A stretch of 61,575 bases of DNA, counting the filler, from Choristocarpus tenellus KU-1152 (Eukaryota > Protista > Phaeophyceae), in NCBI GenBank assembly GCA_964200185.2. It is 11 parts of 11 records of this genome, joined end to end, with 100 filler letters (N's around TTAATTAATTAA, not from the genome) between each part and the next. Parts side by side here need not be neighbours in the genome. Positions count along the whole stretch, not along the records: positions 34,869 to 40,747 come from CAXNAD020009531.1; positions 40,848 to 43,460 come from CAXNAD020026268.1; positions 43,561 to 46,914 come from CAXNAD020020590.1; positions 47,015 to 54,694 come from CAXNAD020005768.1; 7 more parts are not named here. One strand, written 5' to 3'. Below, one piece after another: positions 38,431 to 50,510 of this stretch; the first letter of the stretch is position 1; each line of letters opens with the position of its first letter. The notes beneath the pieces were generated by a model. It searched no databases, had not been told where the DNA came from, and saw only the letters and a list, made by a program, of their open reading frames with translations. The position numbers and the translations under genes are program-made.

Positions 38431-41272
38431 GGAAAATGTGTTTATGTTGATATTATTAGGGATAAACTTACTCACCAAACACCCGACCGACCGACCGACC
38501 GACCGACCGACCAACTGACCATATACGATATGTTGTGTCATCCAATCATGTTTCATGTGAGTATTGGTTGACGAAGGTGCCATTTAGAGGTCCATATATC
38601 AAGGGATGCCGACAAGCTCAAACAATACCGATACCCGTGGTGGTTTGATGAGAACTGCCTTTCTGGTCTCACTTGCAGTCCCACGTGGTGGGGCTGCAGA
38701 TTGGTTGCTCATGTCTTGGAGTCCTCTGGGAATCAGGGCAAACACCTTCTCTTGCAACCGTTGTTTGCTTAACCATTTGCTGCCTACCGCTTACCATGGG
38801 GGAGGAAATTCTGGAAGAAAGTTCGAGAAATATGATCGAAGGCGTCATAGATCGACATCTAGGCAGACACCGACGTGGACAACGTTAAAGGTCCGTAAAA
38901 TTAGCTTTCGGGCATGATGGGATGTAGGTGTAGTATTTATCATGTATGGGTCCTAACCTGCTGCTGCGTCGTGCTGTTGTCACTCCACTAAGCTAAAGAC
39001 AAGATTTAGATGGATTTCGCTCCAAAGGTTCCATTGAATGTTACTGATAGCTACAGTTCCCCACGGTGTTGCGTGTTTGGTAGCGGTGTGATCAGTCCCC
39101 CAAGCTCGTTTCTGTTTCTTCAATCTCGCCCCAACGACCGTCTTCTAACGGTTCAGATGGAGAGCCTGCAATCGCAGGCATGTGATAATCCAAATCGAGC
39201 AGCTGTCCTCGAGGTCGAGCACGGCTGCCAACAACAGCTCAATGGATCGAAAAGGGAGCTCCAGCTCCGGCGAGAGTTGAGGAGGTTCGGGCAAGCACTT
39301 CAACCGCAACAAGTCGTGGAATGTATCATGTCCGCGAAAGATCGCGGGGAACTATTGAGCCTGCGAGTGTTTAGGTGAGAGCAGCAACTGTCGTGAAATC
39401 AGAGGCTCACGCCTGCCTGTACCGGCCGCGACACTTACAGGCAAAAGACCCTTTTACCTTGTTGACAGGCAAAAACGGAAAAACGGGGATGAGTGGGGCA
39501 GACCGTTTGTCAGCTCTCCTAGAGGAACTAGTTTCCTCTGCAATCTTTATCCTTGGGTCGACCGGGTCATATGCGGCATGGTATGATGATGCGCTATTTT
39601 CCCAGTTGAAGAGACTGCCCCTTTGGTGAAGTGTAATTGTGAACATCAGGTGTCCCCCCTCAGTGATGGTCCTACCCCGTTTCCCATGTAAAGGGTTGCG
39701 TTATCCTCCGTCTTAAAGAGCAACGATGGATGGCTTTATGCCCTGCAGCTGGTGGGACTCATGGGCAAAGAGGGCATTGTTCCTGACACTTTCATGTTGA
39801 CAGCAATAGGTGAGTTCTATATAACCAGAGAGACCAGTGACAGTGTGTAGGATGTATGTTAATTGATGGAACAAGCATAAGCAACATCTCCGCATGTATC
39901 GTGAAATAACACTCTTCTTATCACCGTCACGGGTGGAGCTTTTGGTTTCATTCATACACTTCAGAAGTGTGGGTGTTTGTTGAACAATATACCTGAACTG
40001 CAATGTTTCTAAAATACCTCTACCGATTTAAGCATACCTAAAACCCAAATCTAACCTAACCGTAATTCATCCCTGACCCCAAAAGATACAATGAAACTGA
40101 CTATAGGAGAAAGTAATTATGTGCATGTTGGACCTTGCAGGACAAAAGAATATATGAACATACATATATTCATGATAATTAGCAAAGTAGGTGGTAGGAC
40201 CATTGTATTGAATCAAGATTTGGCCTTCCCTACCCCTGCAAACTTCTTCCTTCCACTCCATGTGAAAAACACACATGAACAATTGCTTGCAATGTACTGG
40301 AAGCTGTATGGGCCAGCGGGGACCACCAGGTGGATGTCGCCAAAGCTGCAATATCTGAGATGCGAAAAAGGGCTTTGAGTCCTCTCCATGTTCGAACTAG
40401 TCGTCTCATCGCTATCTCAGACCCAGTGGTTGGGGACAATGTAGAGATGGAGTGGGTACTACAGGAACTTGATGACCTGCGACGCATCAGTAGTAGCCTC
40501 GTTGATGGTAGTGGTATCAGAGACAGTGCTAGAGCTGGCTCGTGGGCTTCCGAAGAAGTAGACGATGTAGAGACGGAGCTGGTACAGGAAGGAGATCTTC
40601 AACTAGGGATTGGGGAAGGGGACGTTGTTGATGAAAGTGAAGGTCAGGGGGAGGGAACCAGTGGAGGGGACATGATTGGAGGGGCTTATCATGAGATAGA
40701 TTTGGCCATTAATCCATTTGGGGGTTATAAAGATGAGGGTGGGAGGGNNNNNNNNNNNNNNNNNNNNNNNNNNNNNNNNNNNNNNNNNNNNTTAATTAAT
40801 TAANNNNNNNNNNNNNNNNNNNNNNNNNNNNNNNNNNNNNNNNNNNNCAACAACAGTTAGTTGACGCATCTAGGATTGGTGGTGGGTCTTTGTCATCGTC
40901 ATGAGCGACAGAGTTGCCTTCTCTACAACGAATGATGCTGTTTTGTCAGAACTCGGCTTTCATTGCTAATAGCGGGAATAGTCAATCGTTGTCTTCAACT
41001 CCGGACAAGATCTTGGCCAATCTGTACCTCGTTCCTGCCTCCAACACGTGTCATTGTTGTAAGCTACAGACAGGCTGGCGTCCTCGACAATGACTTCTTT
41101 TTAACTATTTTGCCCCGCAAGCTGTCTCCATTAGACACGTTCACCACGTCAACCGTATTGTTTGCTCTGCTCGATTGACATGCTATCATTCTTCCATTAC
41201 ACTCTCCGATTTTTGACGTCACTATCGTCCCCTCCTCTCCTCAACAACGTTCTCCGCCGTGTCCACCACCAG

Positions 41273-42290
41273 ATTCTCGAGAAGGACTCAACTCTACGCG
41301 CTTACCTTACCACTTGGGACGGGAAATACCAGGATGTCCTCAACCAGGTCAACCTCCATCAGGTCCACAGTGGGCAGGGCGGTGATGGTGGCGGCGCCAA
41401 TGTTGAGAGCAACAACGGATCGGCAGCCGATGGCGGGGGGGAAGAAGACGAGGGAGGGGACGGACTGCCAGGCGGGGAGGATACGGACGAGGGGGGTTCT
41501 GTTGACAGCATTCCTGGTGCGGAAGAACAAAACGGCCATGGAGGGTGGAATGCGGGTGTTTGCTATCCAACATGCAATCCTCCACCCACGGCTCGGTGAG
41601 TAATGTAATTCTAATGGTGCACACGCGGATGGCGGGTAATTAATGGCGTAAGGTTGGTTTTCATCCGATCGCCCGAACGACTAAGTTGTCTTGCTTCAGC
41701 AATGCACGCCACCACACCGGTGGATGTCGCGGGGCCCCTCTGTGTGTGGCGCTGCGGTCGCTACCCCCAGGTCTCTTTGTTTGCCACAGCCCGAGTGTGT
41801 TAGTGCATGTGGTAACCGACTGTTGTATCTCACCCGTAGTTCGTATTATTTTGTGCCTCCAATTTCGTGGTCCTTGGTTGCCGTGGATCCCCGCGTTGTG
41901 TTGTTGCGCCCAATTAATGATATGGAAAAAATGCTGTTCTGTCTGTTTGACACTCTCGTTCGATGCCATGCGCGGCATGTATTCCTGCCCAAGGTGCTCC
42001 ATCACTCACATGGGCGAATGTGCCAACGCGGAGATTGTGGGCGACGAGAGGCACAAGGATCGATTGTGTATCGATTTCCCCGTGGCACAGGAGGGCAGTG
42101 AAGGGACTGGACCGATGGGGAACGCAGCGGCGGGTCGAGGCAAGGGCAAGGGTAAGGGTAAACGTAACGCAAGGAGCGCGGGTGGGTCACCCAGCAGGCC
42201 AAGCCTTTTACGTCCCCCCTCATGCGGCGAAACGGCGGACATGGAGAAGTGCATGTGGGTCTCGGCGTGGTTGCACATTATACGGACATA
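41273..42290 (+). CDS. Putative spliced gene fragment (exons 41273-41595, 41700-41770 and a Cys-rich exon ~41930-42290) with a PHD-like zinc finger
   Basis: Junctions cag|ATT..CG|gtgagt and ttcag|C..G|gtct are in phase. Motif CSVC-x12-CPRC-x3-HMGEC..LCIDF. The third exon's boundaries are not resolved. Confidence 0.4.
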
Positions 42291-43560
42291 AAGGTCGTCT
42301 CTGCGCGTTCGGTTTCGTGTTGGTTTGCACGTGGGTCTCGGCTGGTTGTAGATCATGTGGATTGCTCGTCCTTTGTGTGTTCGGTATGGTGTTTTTTTGG
42401 AGGTTTCCATGGGCCATGGAACTTACCTGTTCGACGTCTCCCCTCCTTCCACAAGATGTATCTGATGGGTCTGGCGTTGTGGAGGGTACAGCTTATTTTT
42501 TGGGGTGCCGGGAAAATATATCAGATCCTCACTTATTGATACAATTGCCTGCACCGTTGTTTACGATGCTGTCCTTTTCGTTGTGCTGTCTGTGTACTGT
42601 GTCATATGTCATGATGTGCAACCAGGGCTGAGAACACTGCACTACACGACCTTTACCCTCTCGACCCGACGCTACCCTTAGACCGCCTGAAAGAGTTCGC
42701 CTTCCGCAACGCGCCAAAGCTCGCAATAGTGTCCATCGCCGCCGAGCCAAGACTCCTCAAGGACAAAGAGGTGACCAACACCCACTTGCTCCAGGTTATG
42801 AGGATCTTGCAGATGAAGATACATCCTCAGGGCACCATCGCGCTATTTGTGCCCCACCCGTGGGCCGTGCAATTACACCGCCTACACGGTGAGTTGCAGA
42901 GTTCGCCAGCGCTGAAATACGGGGTGTATTGCAGGAGACTATTTCAATCCGCCATGGCCATTATCAGTCCGCCCGTGTCTCGATTGGAAACGGTGGCAGC
43001 CGTTCAAGAGATTCGGATTCTGTCGAGTGTCTTTTTTCTTCGCTTTCCCCATGTTGTTTCATGTTCTTCGCACCTTGTGTTTCCTTTTGTGTCTTTTGTT
43101 CTTCCCCCCCGTGTCCTTCGTAGTTCTTTGTTTGATTGTCCATGAATCGCATGCTGGTGTTACTTGTCTTCACTACTTTTTTTTTGTCGTCTTTCCTTCT
43201 ATTTAAGAATTTCCAATTGTTTGCATTTTTGCATTTGTTATTTGGCTTGCGTTCACCCTCGTTGTACTATTATTATGTGCGTGGTATGCGATTTCATGAA
43301 GCTCAACGATACCGTAGTTGTGTGCTGTCACTGTCAAGTTTGACGCATGCCGGACCCACGTGCTCGCTCCTGCCTTCTCTTCATTCAGGGGCTCTTATGG
43401 CGTCGAAGGTGGGCTTGGTTGTGGAGGATCATCCCCTAACCCTAACATACAAGACGAAGGNNNNNNNNNNNNNNNNNNNNNNNNNNNNNNNNNNNNNNNN
43501 NNNNTTAATTAATTAANNNNNNNNNNNNNNNNNNNNNNNNNNNNNNNNNNNNNNNNNNNN

Positions 43561-43628
43561 CCAGTCAATTTTGGGTCAAGCCCATCCTCTATGAAAAGCT
43601 CCATCCTCAATTTTTGAAATCGGCTGTT
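43561..43628. mobile_element. Right part of the 112-bp MITE (see 1229-1340)
   Basis: ccagtcaattttgggtcaagcccatcctc..gaaaagctccatcctcaattttt..aatcggctgtt. Confidence 0.75.
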
Positions 43629-44455
43629 TGTTGTCGTCTATCCCGATCATCGCGATTATTTCTTGGCGAAAGTCAAAGATTTCCGAGATTTTGTTGAGAA
43701 TGTAGCCTTAATAGACCCTACAACAGTTCATTTAAACTAATCTCTATTTAGAATTTTCTACAGAATTCCTCAAACGCATTTATACAAATGCCGACTTTTC
43801 CATATCTTTGTCAGCATTCCTATAATGCAACTCCGAGTACATCTCGTTTACTTTAAACGAAGTTGCGTACTTTCAAGTATATAATAACATACGCATACTT
43901 AAGGTCCAAGTCGGTGGTACTACTACGACAACGAATACAGCATTCCTCTAGTAGTATTAATCGTATTTATACTTGTATACCTCAACCACTTACTCAAGCA
44001 TATATACTGAGTCCTTCCAACGTATCCAGCCAGTCCTACTAAGAAGCGAGCTAATGAAAGCCGACCTTCCATCATTCTTGAGGGAAAGGGGGTATCAAAC
44101 AGGGCGTCGAGCAGTGGATTTTGACCCTACCTACCCCCTGCACGGAAGTAACACTACAGGCAGTGCCTCGTGTTTACACGCATCTCTTCGTGATGGCTTT
44201 GTTATGTTATCTTTCTCGGCATTTTGCTTTGAGCACAGCATAATCCCGATCAACATAATTGTAGTTGTTAACTATTGAAAGATGAATTTCAACAAATATT
44301 TAATCTGTTTTTAGGTTGTACAACCAAGCCCCTCACCCGCTCCCTCGACCCTCCAAACAACATCGGCTTCTGCTGCTCTTCAAAAATCGTCACTTCCACC
44401 TTTTGCAAGGCAGTAGCTTTCCCTTTCCTATCTTTACACATCTACACATGCAGTG

Positions 44456-44714
44456 GACCCAAAGCATTGAAGAGGGTAGGGCCATGTCCGTTCGGGGTCC
44501 AAAATCCAATGTTGCGATTTTGATGAAGTTTGGCTATCGTAATTGTTAGCAAGTGTCAATAACCTTACTCCGGACAAACCTTTCATTATCGTATACACTT
44601 TAGATAATTGTTCACACAAAAAGAAACCGAAAAAGGACATAAAAACAAACATTGGAAGTCAAGCCCGAACGGACAAACAGGGAAAAAATCCTGTCCTCTT
44701 AAATGCTTTGACTC
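44456..44714 (-). mobile_element. ~257-bp GAG-TIR MITE, old diverged copy, TSD GTG
   Basis: gacccaaagcattgaagagggta ... ctcttaaatgctttgactc, with GTG on both flanks. Confidence 0.82.
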
Positions 44715-44849
44715 GTGAGAGTACTGGATGGTATACCAGTACTTCCTCACCAGTAGGCGCCACAGAGTGTTGTTGGGCGAAGTGAACTGAACTCGCTTTA
44801 GGATAGTTTTTCTGTATTGATAGCAAGTCCTGATGGGAAGGTACAACCA

Positions 44850-46400
44850 AGCGAGGGATCATACATACGTCCACAGTAATGACTGCAATTGCCAATGTAC
44901 TGAGTAGGTTGGAGAGATGAATTGCAACCACAGTTGTCCAATTTTATGACCGTAATTTGCTGAGAAAACAGTCTCTTACTTACTCCATCATGATGAGGCA
45001 GATCAGTAACCTCTAGTGGGGTGTGGGAGTTGTCTTTATGGTATTGACACAACAGCGAGATCATCCAAGTACATCCTAGCCTCTTTCAGCCTGCTCACGA
45101 CCCGTGTTACGGATTAAGGCTGCCTTTTTCGTTGAGCCTCATTCCCCTCTCACGTGCTTAGGAGGGCATTGCAGTAGTCAGTCATGTGAGTAGTGTGAGT
45201 CAGTCAAGCAAAATGTAGGGTACGTTAGATGAAGAACTGCAACATTTCTCAACAGTGGGATGACCTATGCATTGCACTGAACCACTAGAATGAGACCAAT
45301 TTGCACTGCAACATCCCTTACACTATCGATTAGTCATTGTTTGCACCTGCGAGTACAGGAAAACTGTCCTCAAAATTACAGATAATCGACTATTTCTACT
45401 TCATACGATGATGGATTTACCCAAATGTGTATGCCCATCTGTTGATGTCTGGGGTATGTACAGTGGACGTGCCCCAACTTGATCCTCAGAATTGAGGGAA
45501 TTCTTGCTCTCCTTGAGAGATTTGAAAGCAGTGGCAGTCGGAGCACCAAATGCACCCTCTATGCAGTACTATTCAAAATAATCACTAATGCCAGTCTGTA
45601 TGTGTCAGTAACAGTGGAGCTGTCGAAGAAAAATCTCCGTTATTTCTTGGCTATTCCTTGGCATTGATTCCTATTGGCTAGACATCCTGCATATAACCTT
45701 CCAGAAACTAAAGAGTTATATTCCATGCATCCTTGATCATTCATTCTGCATACGACCAATTCCGTCCAAATATGCAGCTTTTGACGTCAATTTGCCAAGG
45801 AGACCTAAAATGATCTGCTCTGTAGTTTCGTAAGGCCACAAGCAATTATATGGTGGGTGACATGCTTGAAATCTTCGGCTTCACCCGATACCTCACAGGC
45901 ATCCCTATGTTGTTGAGTGGCACAATACTCGGAACTTTAGTCTTGACGCTCTTGCTGGGAGAAACAGCAGCCTTCTGAGAGTTATATTCTGGCCAGGACC
46001 TGCCAATGGACGTACAACAGATCTGTTAGTCTGGTCAAGCGGGGGGATACTGTGGCTATCACACTAGAGAAAGGGGATGAGCAAGTCGGGCATATTAAAG
46101 TAGCAAAATAAAATTGAGCAATGATATGGTCAAAGGTGAGCTGTACGACAAGTTTACTCTGTTGGTTCAATGTGATATAGAGGTGATTCTATTAGTGCAA
46201 ATGACGCAGAAACCACCCAACAGATACGTAACATGTTTGTACCCCTCAATATTGGCATGGATCATTCAAATTATTCCAGAAATATACACACCCCTCCCCG
46301 TCTTTTCGTGCTGAACTTAATTATCTTTACAAAATTGGGAAAACGTTCTATACCCTTCGAGGAATCAGTCTTAGAAAGATTCAGGAGGAACTGAGCCACG
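44850..46400 (-). mobile_element. Possible highly decayed Ty1/Copia remnant
   Basis: Weak motifs in Copia order: FFFDSS (protease-like, ~45630), then PHHDGVSKR (integrase NGVAER-like, ~44990). Confidence 0.25.
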
Positions 46401-46702
46401 AGGTTATTTGACCTGAGCCGCAGAAGGTGCCCTAAGCACGCAACTTTTCCCTGTCTGCCATATGAATGTGAAAGTGGACAGTAGTATACTAGGGTCCCTA
46501 GATCCCTGGCCCTCATTTAATCAAATATTTTTCTGTTTTGTCGTACACTCAAACTCCTCAATCCATCACAAGGCCTCCTGGAATAGGGAATAGGTGTCAA
46601 GTGCATGTGCGGATGCTAATCTACTCCACAATGCTTTTGAACTACTCCACAAAAGTCTGGAGCCTATGCAGCACTATAGGGATGATTTTCAACTACTGTT
46701 CA

Positions 46703-46914
46703 GAGCCAAAGTACCTGAGAGGGTAGTAGAGCCGCGTCCATTTGGGGTCCAAAATCCAATGTTGCGATTTTGATGTAATTTTGGCTATCGTGTTTGTTAG
46801 GAGGTGTCAATATCCTTGTTCCGGACATACCTTTTCGTAATGTATACATTTTACCTACTCCGAAATATTTTGGAGTAGGAAAATGTCATAAATAAAAACG
46901 AGGGAAGCCAAGCC
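46703..46914 (-). mobile_element. ~257-bp GAG-TIR MITE cut by the contig end
   Basis: gagccaaagtacctgagagggta..gagccgcgtccatttggggtccaaaatccaatgttgcg. Confidence 0.9.
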
Positions 46915-48073
46915 NNNNNNNNNNNNNNNNNNNNNNNNNNNNNNNNNNNNNNNNNNNNTTAATTAATTAANNNNNNNNNNNNNNNNNNNNNNNNNNNNNN
47001 NNNNNNNNNNNNNNCACCTAGAAATTGGCAACAATAGTGACCAAAAATGCAAAACAAGTCTGAAAGAAAATTAATCAATACACAACGGAGAAGAGTTTTG
47101 AAGAACAGAAGTGTGAAACAGTAGGAAACCACAGAACAGACCGTTTCTAGTCAAGGGGAGGGAGAACACCCGCAAGAGGAACGGAATGAAGAGAGACAAG
47201 GCAGGAGGGTGAGTATCCCTCGGAAGGTCACTTCTAGGAAGGAGTGAGCAAGGAAAGTGAACGATGGGAGGTGGGAAGACCTCCACTGAACAACCCGATA
47301 TCGACGTCATTAGGAAGCAATGCTGATGTCATGAGGGGAAAGAGACAGACTCTGAGGCCTAACTCTTAAAGAGAGGTCAATTTGAAGGTATACCGAAAAA
47401 AAATGGAGGAAGTGTGTGTGCAGAAAGAAGCTGGCATGGGCAGTGAAAGAAAATAAATAGTCTCTCAAAATGAGAACACTGTCAGGCATGACACACAGAA
47501 ATATCTGAATGATACACAAGATGATGCCCAGCAAAAAGATTATTGAGTGAAAGCGCCACAATCAGAGCTTGCAACTAGGATAGATTTTGTGGGAACCAAA
47601 TCCGTGCCAAGTTCACCTTGATGAGGGTTGAGATAATAAAACATACCTGGGTACGAGTTTTGTCACGGCCATCCAAGAGGAATTGCATTTCAGTAACATA
47701 AATTTCTACTGTCATGTACTTATTGTTTTGGTAGTATAATAATCCACCTTACTAGAGTTGACCATCTCTGGTGTGACGGATGTATTTCGTCGTCACTAAG
47801 CACGAACAACATTACAATAGATATTTTTTTATCCTGTAACGTACCTATTGTCTCACCAAAGATATTACGAGAGTTGTGCCTTTACGATGCGATACACATA
47901 TTTTGCTACCTCCAAAAAGGAGCTATAATAAAGTACGTAACAATTTCAACTGTGATGTACCTACTCTATAACCTTTTGCTATGCTTCAAAGGACTAGCTA
48001 CATTACGAGAGTTTTGCATTCTTGGGTGATGTAGCAATTTTTTTTTAAACACCAAAGAGGACTTTCACATATG

Positions 48074-49234
48074 CTCCTCTATGCATTAAGTATGTATCGT
48101 TATGATTTTGTGAATGGCTTTTTCAAGCGTGAGATTCAGATATAACAAATGCTACCTTTCGAAAGCCAACAACTTCGGTAGATACCTTCAAAATATTTTT
48201 TCATTTCGAAATGGTTGAGAAACCGCTCCCTGAATACAAATGTTGTTTTCGGAAGTGGAAGATTTAGCAAAAAAAGAAAACACAGCTAAAAGTGGATGGA
48301 AATGATAAAGATATCATTTTTCTCACTGACCATATCTTCACGTGTACATAGAAATTCCGCCACGCCAGGGGCGACGAGTATGATGTCAATGCCACCGTTG
48401 ATAGCGACTAGTACCGAGAGTGGTACTCGGAGACTCTCCGTTCATCAATCAAGGACAAGGTGCCATGGTTGGAGGATGACAAGGTCGTCATTCAGCAGGA
48501 TGGTACAAGCCTGCACACAGGTAAAGGCATACCGCGGAAACTGAACCAAGCAGGGAGGGAGGGAGGGCGGACGGATCATGAAACTCGTAACACAGCCTGA
48601 GCAGTCAGCCAATCTCAGTGTCAACGATCTGGGGTTTTCAATTCGGTCAAGTGTCGGGTGTGTTGGGAGCGCTCTGATACCATAGATGACCTTATAGGGT
48701 GGGTGAAGGCAATGTACGACCAGTATGACGCAGATACTCTAGAGTTGGTGTGGCAGAGCCTCTTCAAGATGTACAATCAAGTGTTGAAAGCGCTGGGGGG
48801 GGGTGATTTTGGGGCTGCACATACTGGGAGCAGGAAACAGCAGCGTGAGGACGTTCTGGATCACTTGATCCCTATTAACAGTGACGCATGCAATGCGATC
48901 ACAACTGGGTGGATTGATGGAGAGAATGGCAGTGATGAGCAAGTAATATAAGGCATAAAACGCCAAGGAATCCAACGTAACTAACCGGGTCTTTATTGGA
49001 GGCGTCGTTAGACGTTATGACCGATTAACCATCATTTCCAGCATGTCCGAAAAAAAACGTTTGTGTTCAGGGGGCGGTTTCTCAACCATTATGAAATGAA
49101 AAAGTAATTTGAAGATATCTTTATGCAAACCGAAGTTGTTGGCTTTCGAAAGATATTATTTGTTATTTAAGAATCTCACATTTGAAAAGGTTATTCGCAG
49201 AACCATAACGATACAGACTTATGGGATAGAGGAG
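48074..49234 (+). mobile_element. Internally deleted DD39D mariner with ~185-bp TIRs
   Basis: TIRs ctcctctatgcattaagtatgtatcgttatg... and ...cataacgatacagacttatgggatagaggag, followed by TA (TG on the left). Internal frameshifted KVVIQQDGTSLH..KLVTQPEQSANLSVNDLGF..TIDDLIGWVKAMYDQYD..LGGGDF at ~48350-48951. Confidence 0.9.
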
Positions 49235-49419
49235 TATATGTATGTCTTTCTTTTCAAAATAATATATGTATATTGTACTGTACCTATTATTGTCTGACCT
49301 TCAAAGATAAGCTATAATGCGAGATTTGTGCATTTCTGATGTGATGTAGCAATTTCGTAAGCATCAACGATAAGCAACGTTGCGAAGGTTGTCTGTCTTT
49401 ATAGTGTGGTGTATACATT

Positions 49420-50510
49420 TTATTACCAACACGTATTTCCTCTCTGGCAAGTTCCAAAACAGGTAGAGAGGAGCATGTATTTTTCTAGGCACCTGAAGCT
49501 CGATTCACTGGTTCTTTCCGCTTAAAGAGCCCGACGAACATATTTTTGTTGTACAATCATCAAACGTAGGTTCGTTTTGGCAGCTACAAAACAGGTAGAA
49601 ATAGGGAGGCATATATTTTTGGCACCTGCAACTCGTGTCACCAGTCCTTCCTTTTCAAAGAGCTTGATGCACATGGATTGTGGCACAATAATGGACACGT
49701 AGCTCCTCTTTTGCAGTTGCAATAGGGGTACAGGACATTTAATACATTTGTAGACTCTTGGAGCTTGAGTCACCATTCCATTTTGCTCGAAGAACCTGAC
49801 ACACATCTGATTTTTTGCATAATGATGGGCACTTTACTCCTCTTTGACAGTATCAAATCACAGACAACGTAGAATATATTTTGGACAACTCCATCTTACA
49901 TCACCAGGTCATTTTTATCAAGGATTCCGCCCCACATGGATTGTGACACAATCATCGGCAATCAGGTCCTTTCTTACGTTTGAAATCAGGTAGAGAGCAA
50001 TCTAACTACTGTTAGGCAGCTTCAGCTCGTGCCACCAGTCCATTCTCCTCACAGGCCGACGCACGTCGATTGTCCCACATTAATCAGCACATATTTCTTC
50101 TCTGGCAGCTACAATACGAGGTATGAGGAGGAATATTTCTAGGCAGCTCGTGTCACCAGTCTATTCAGCTCGAAGGACTGTCAACACACATGGCTTGTTG
50201 CACAATCATGGACACGTACCCCATCGTGGCTGTTACAAAACGGGTACAAAACAAGGTAATTTTTTTGAGGGCAGCTGCAGCCCGTACCCCACGTGAAATG
50301 TCTCACAATCATCGACTTGTAGCTCTTCTTTGGCAACTGAAAAACGGTTACAAACCAACGCGAATGTGTTTTTTTGACCTGAGCTCCCTTTGGCAATTAC
50401 TACAAAAGAGGTAGATAGCAGAAAACATATTTTTAGTCACCTGCAGCTCATTTCACCAGTTCGTTCTGCTCACCGAGCTCCACGGACGTGAATGTGCCAC
50501 AATCATTGGC
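49420..50510. repeat. Degenerate ~130-bp tandem satellite (~8 units)
   Basis: gcagctcgtgtcaccagtc-like motifs near 49491, 49624, 49760, 49892, 50020, 50143, 50277 and 50440. Confidence 0.75.

Noticed and set aside
49420-50510. Regularly spaced repeats as a CRISPR-like array
   Set aside because: Whole ~130-bp units are homologous and degenerate, which indicates an old satellite.
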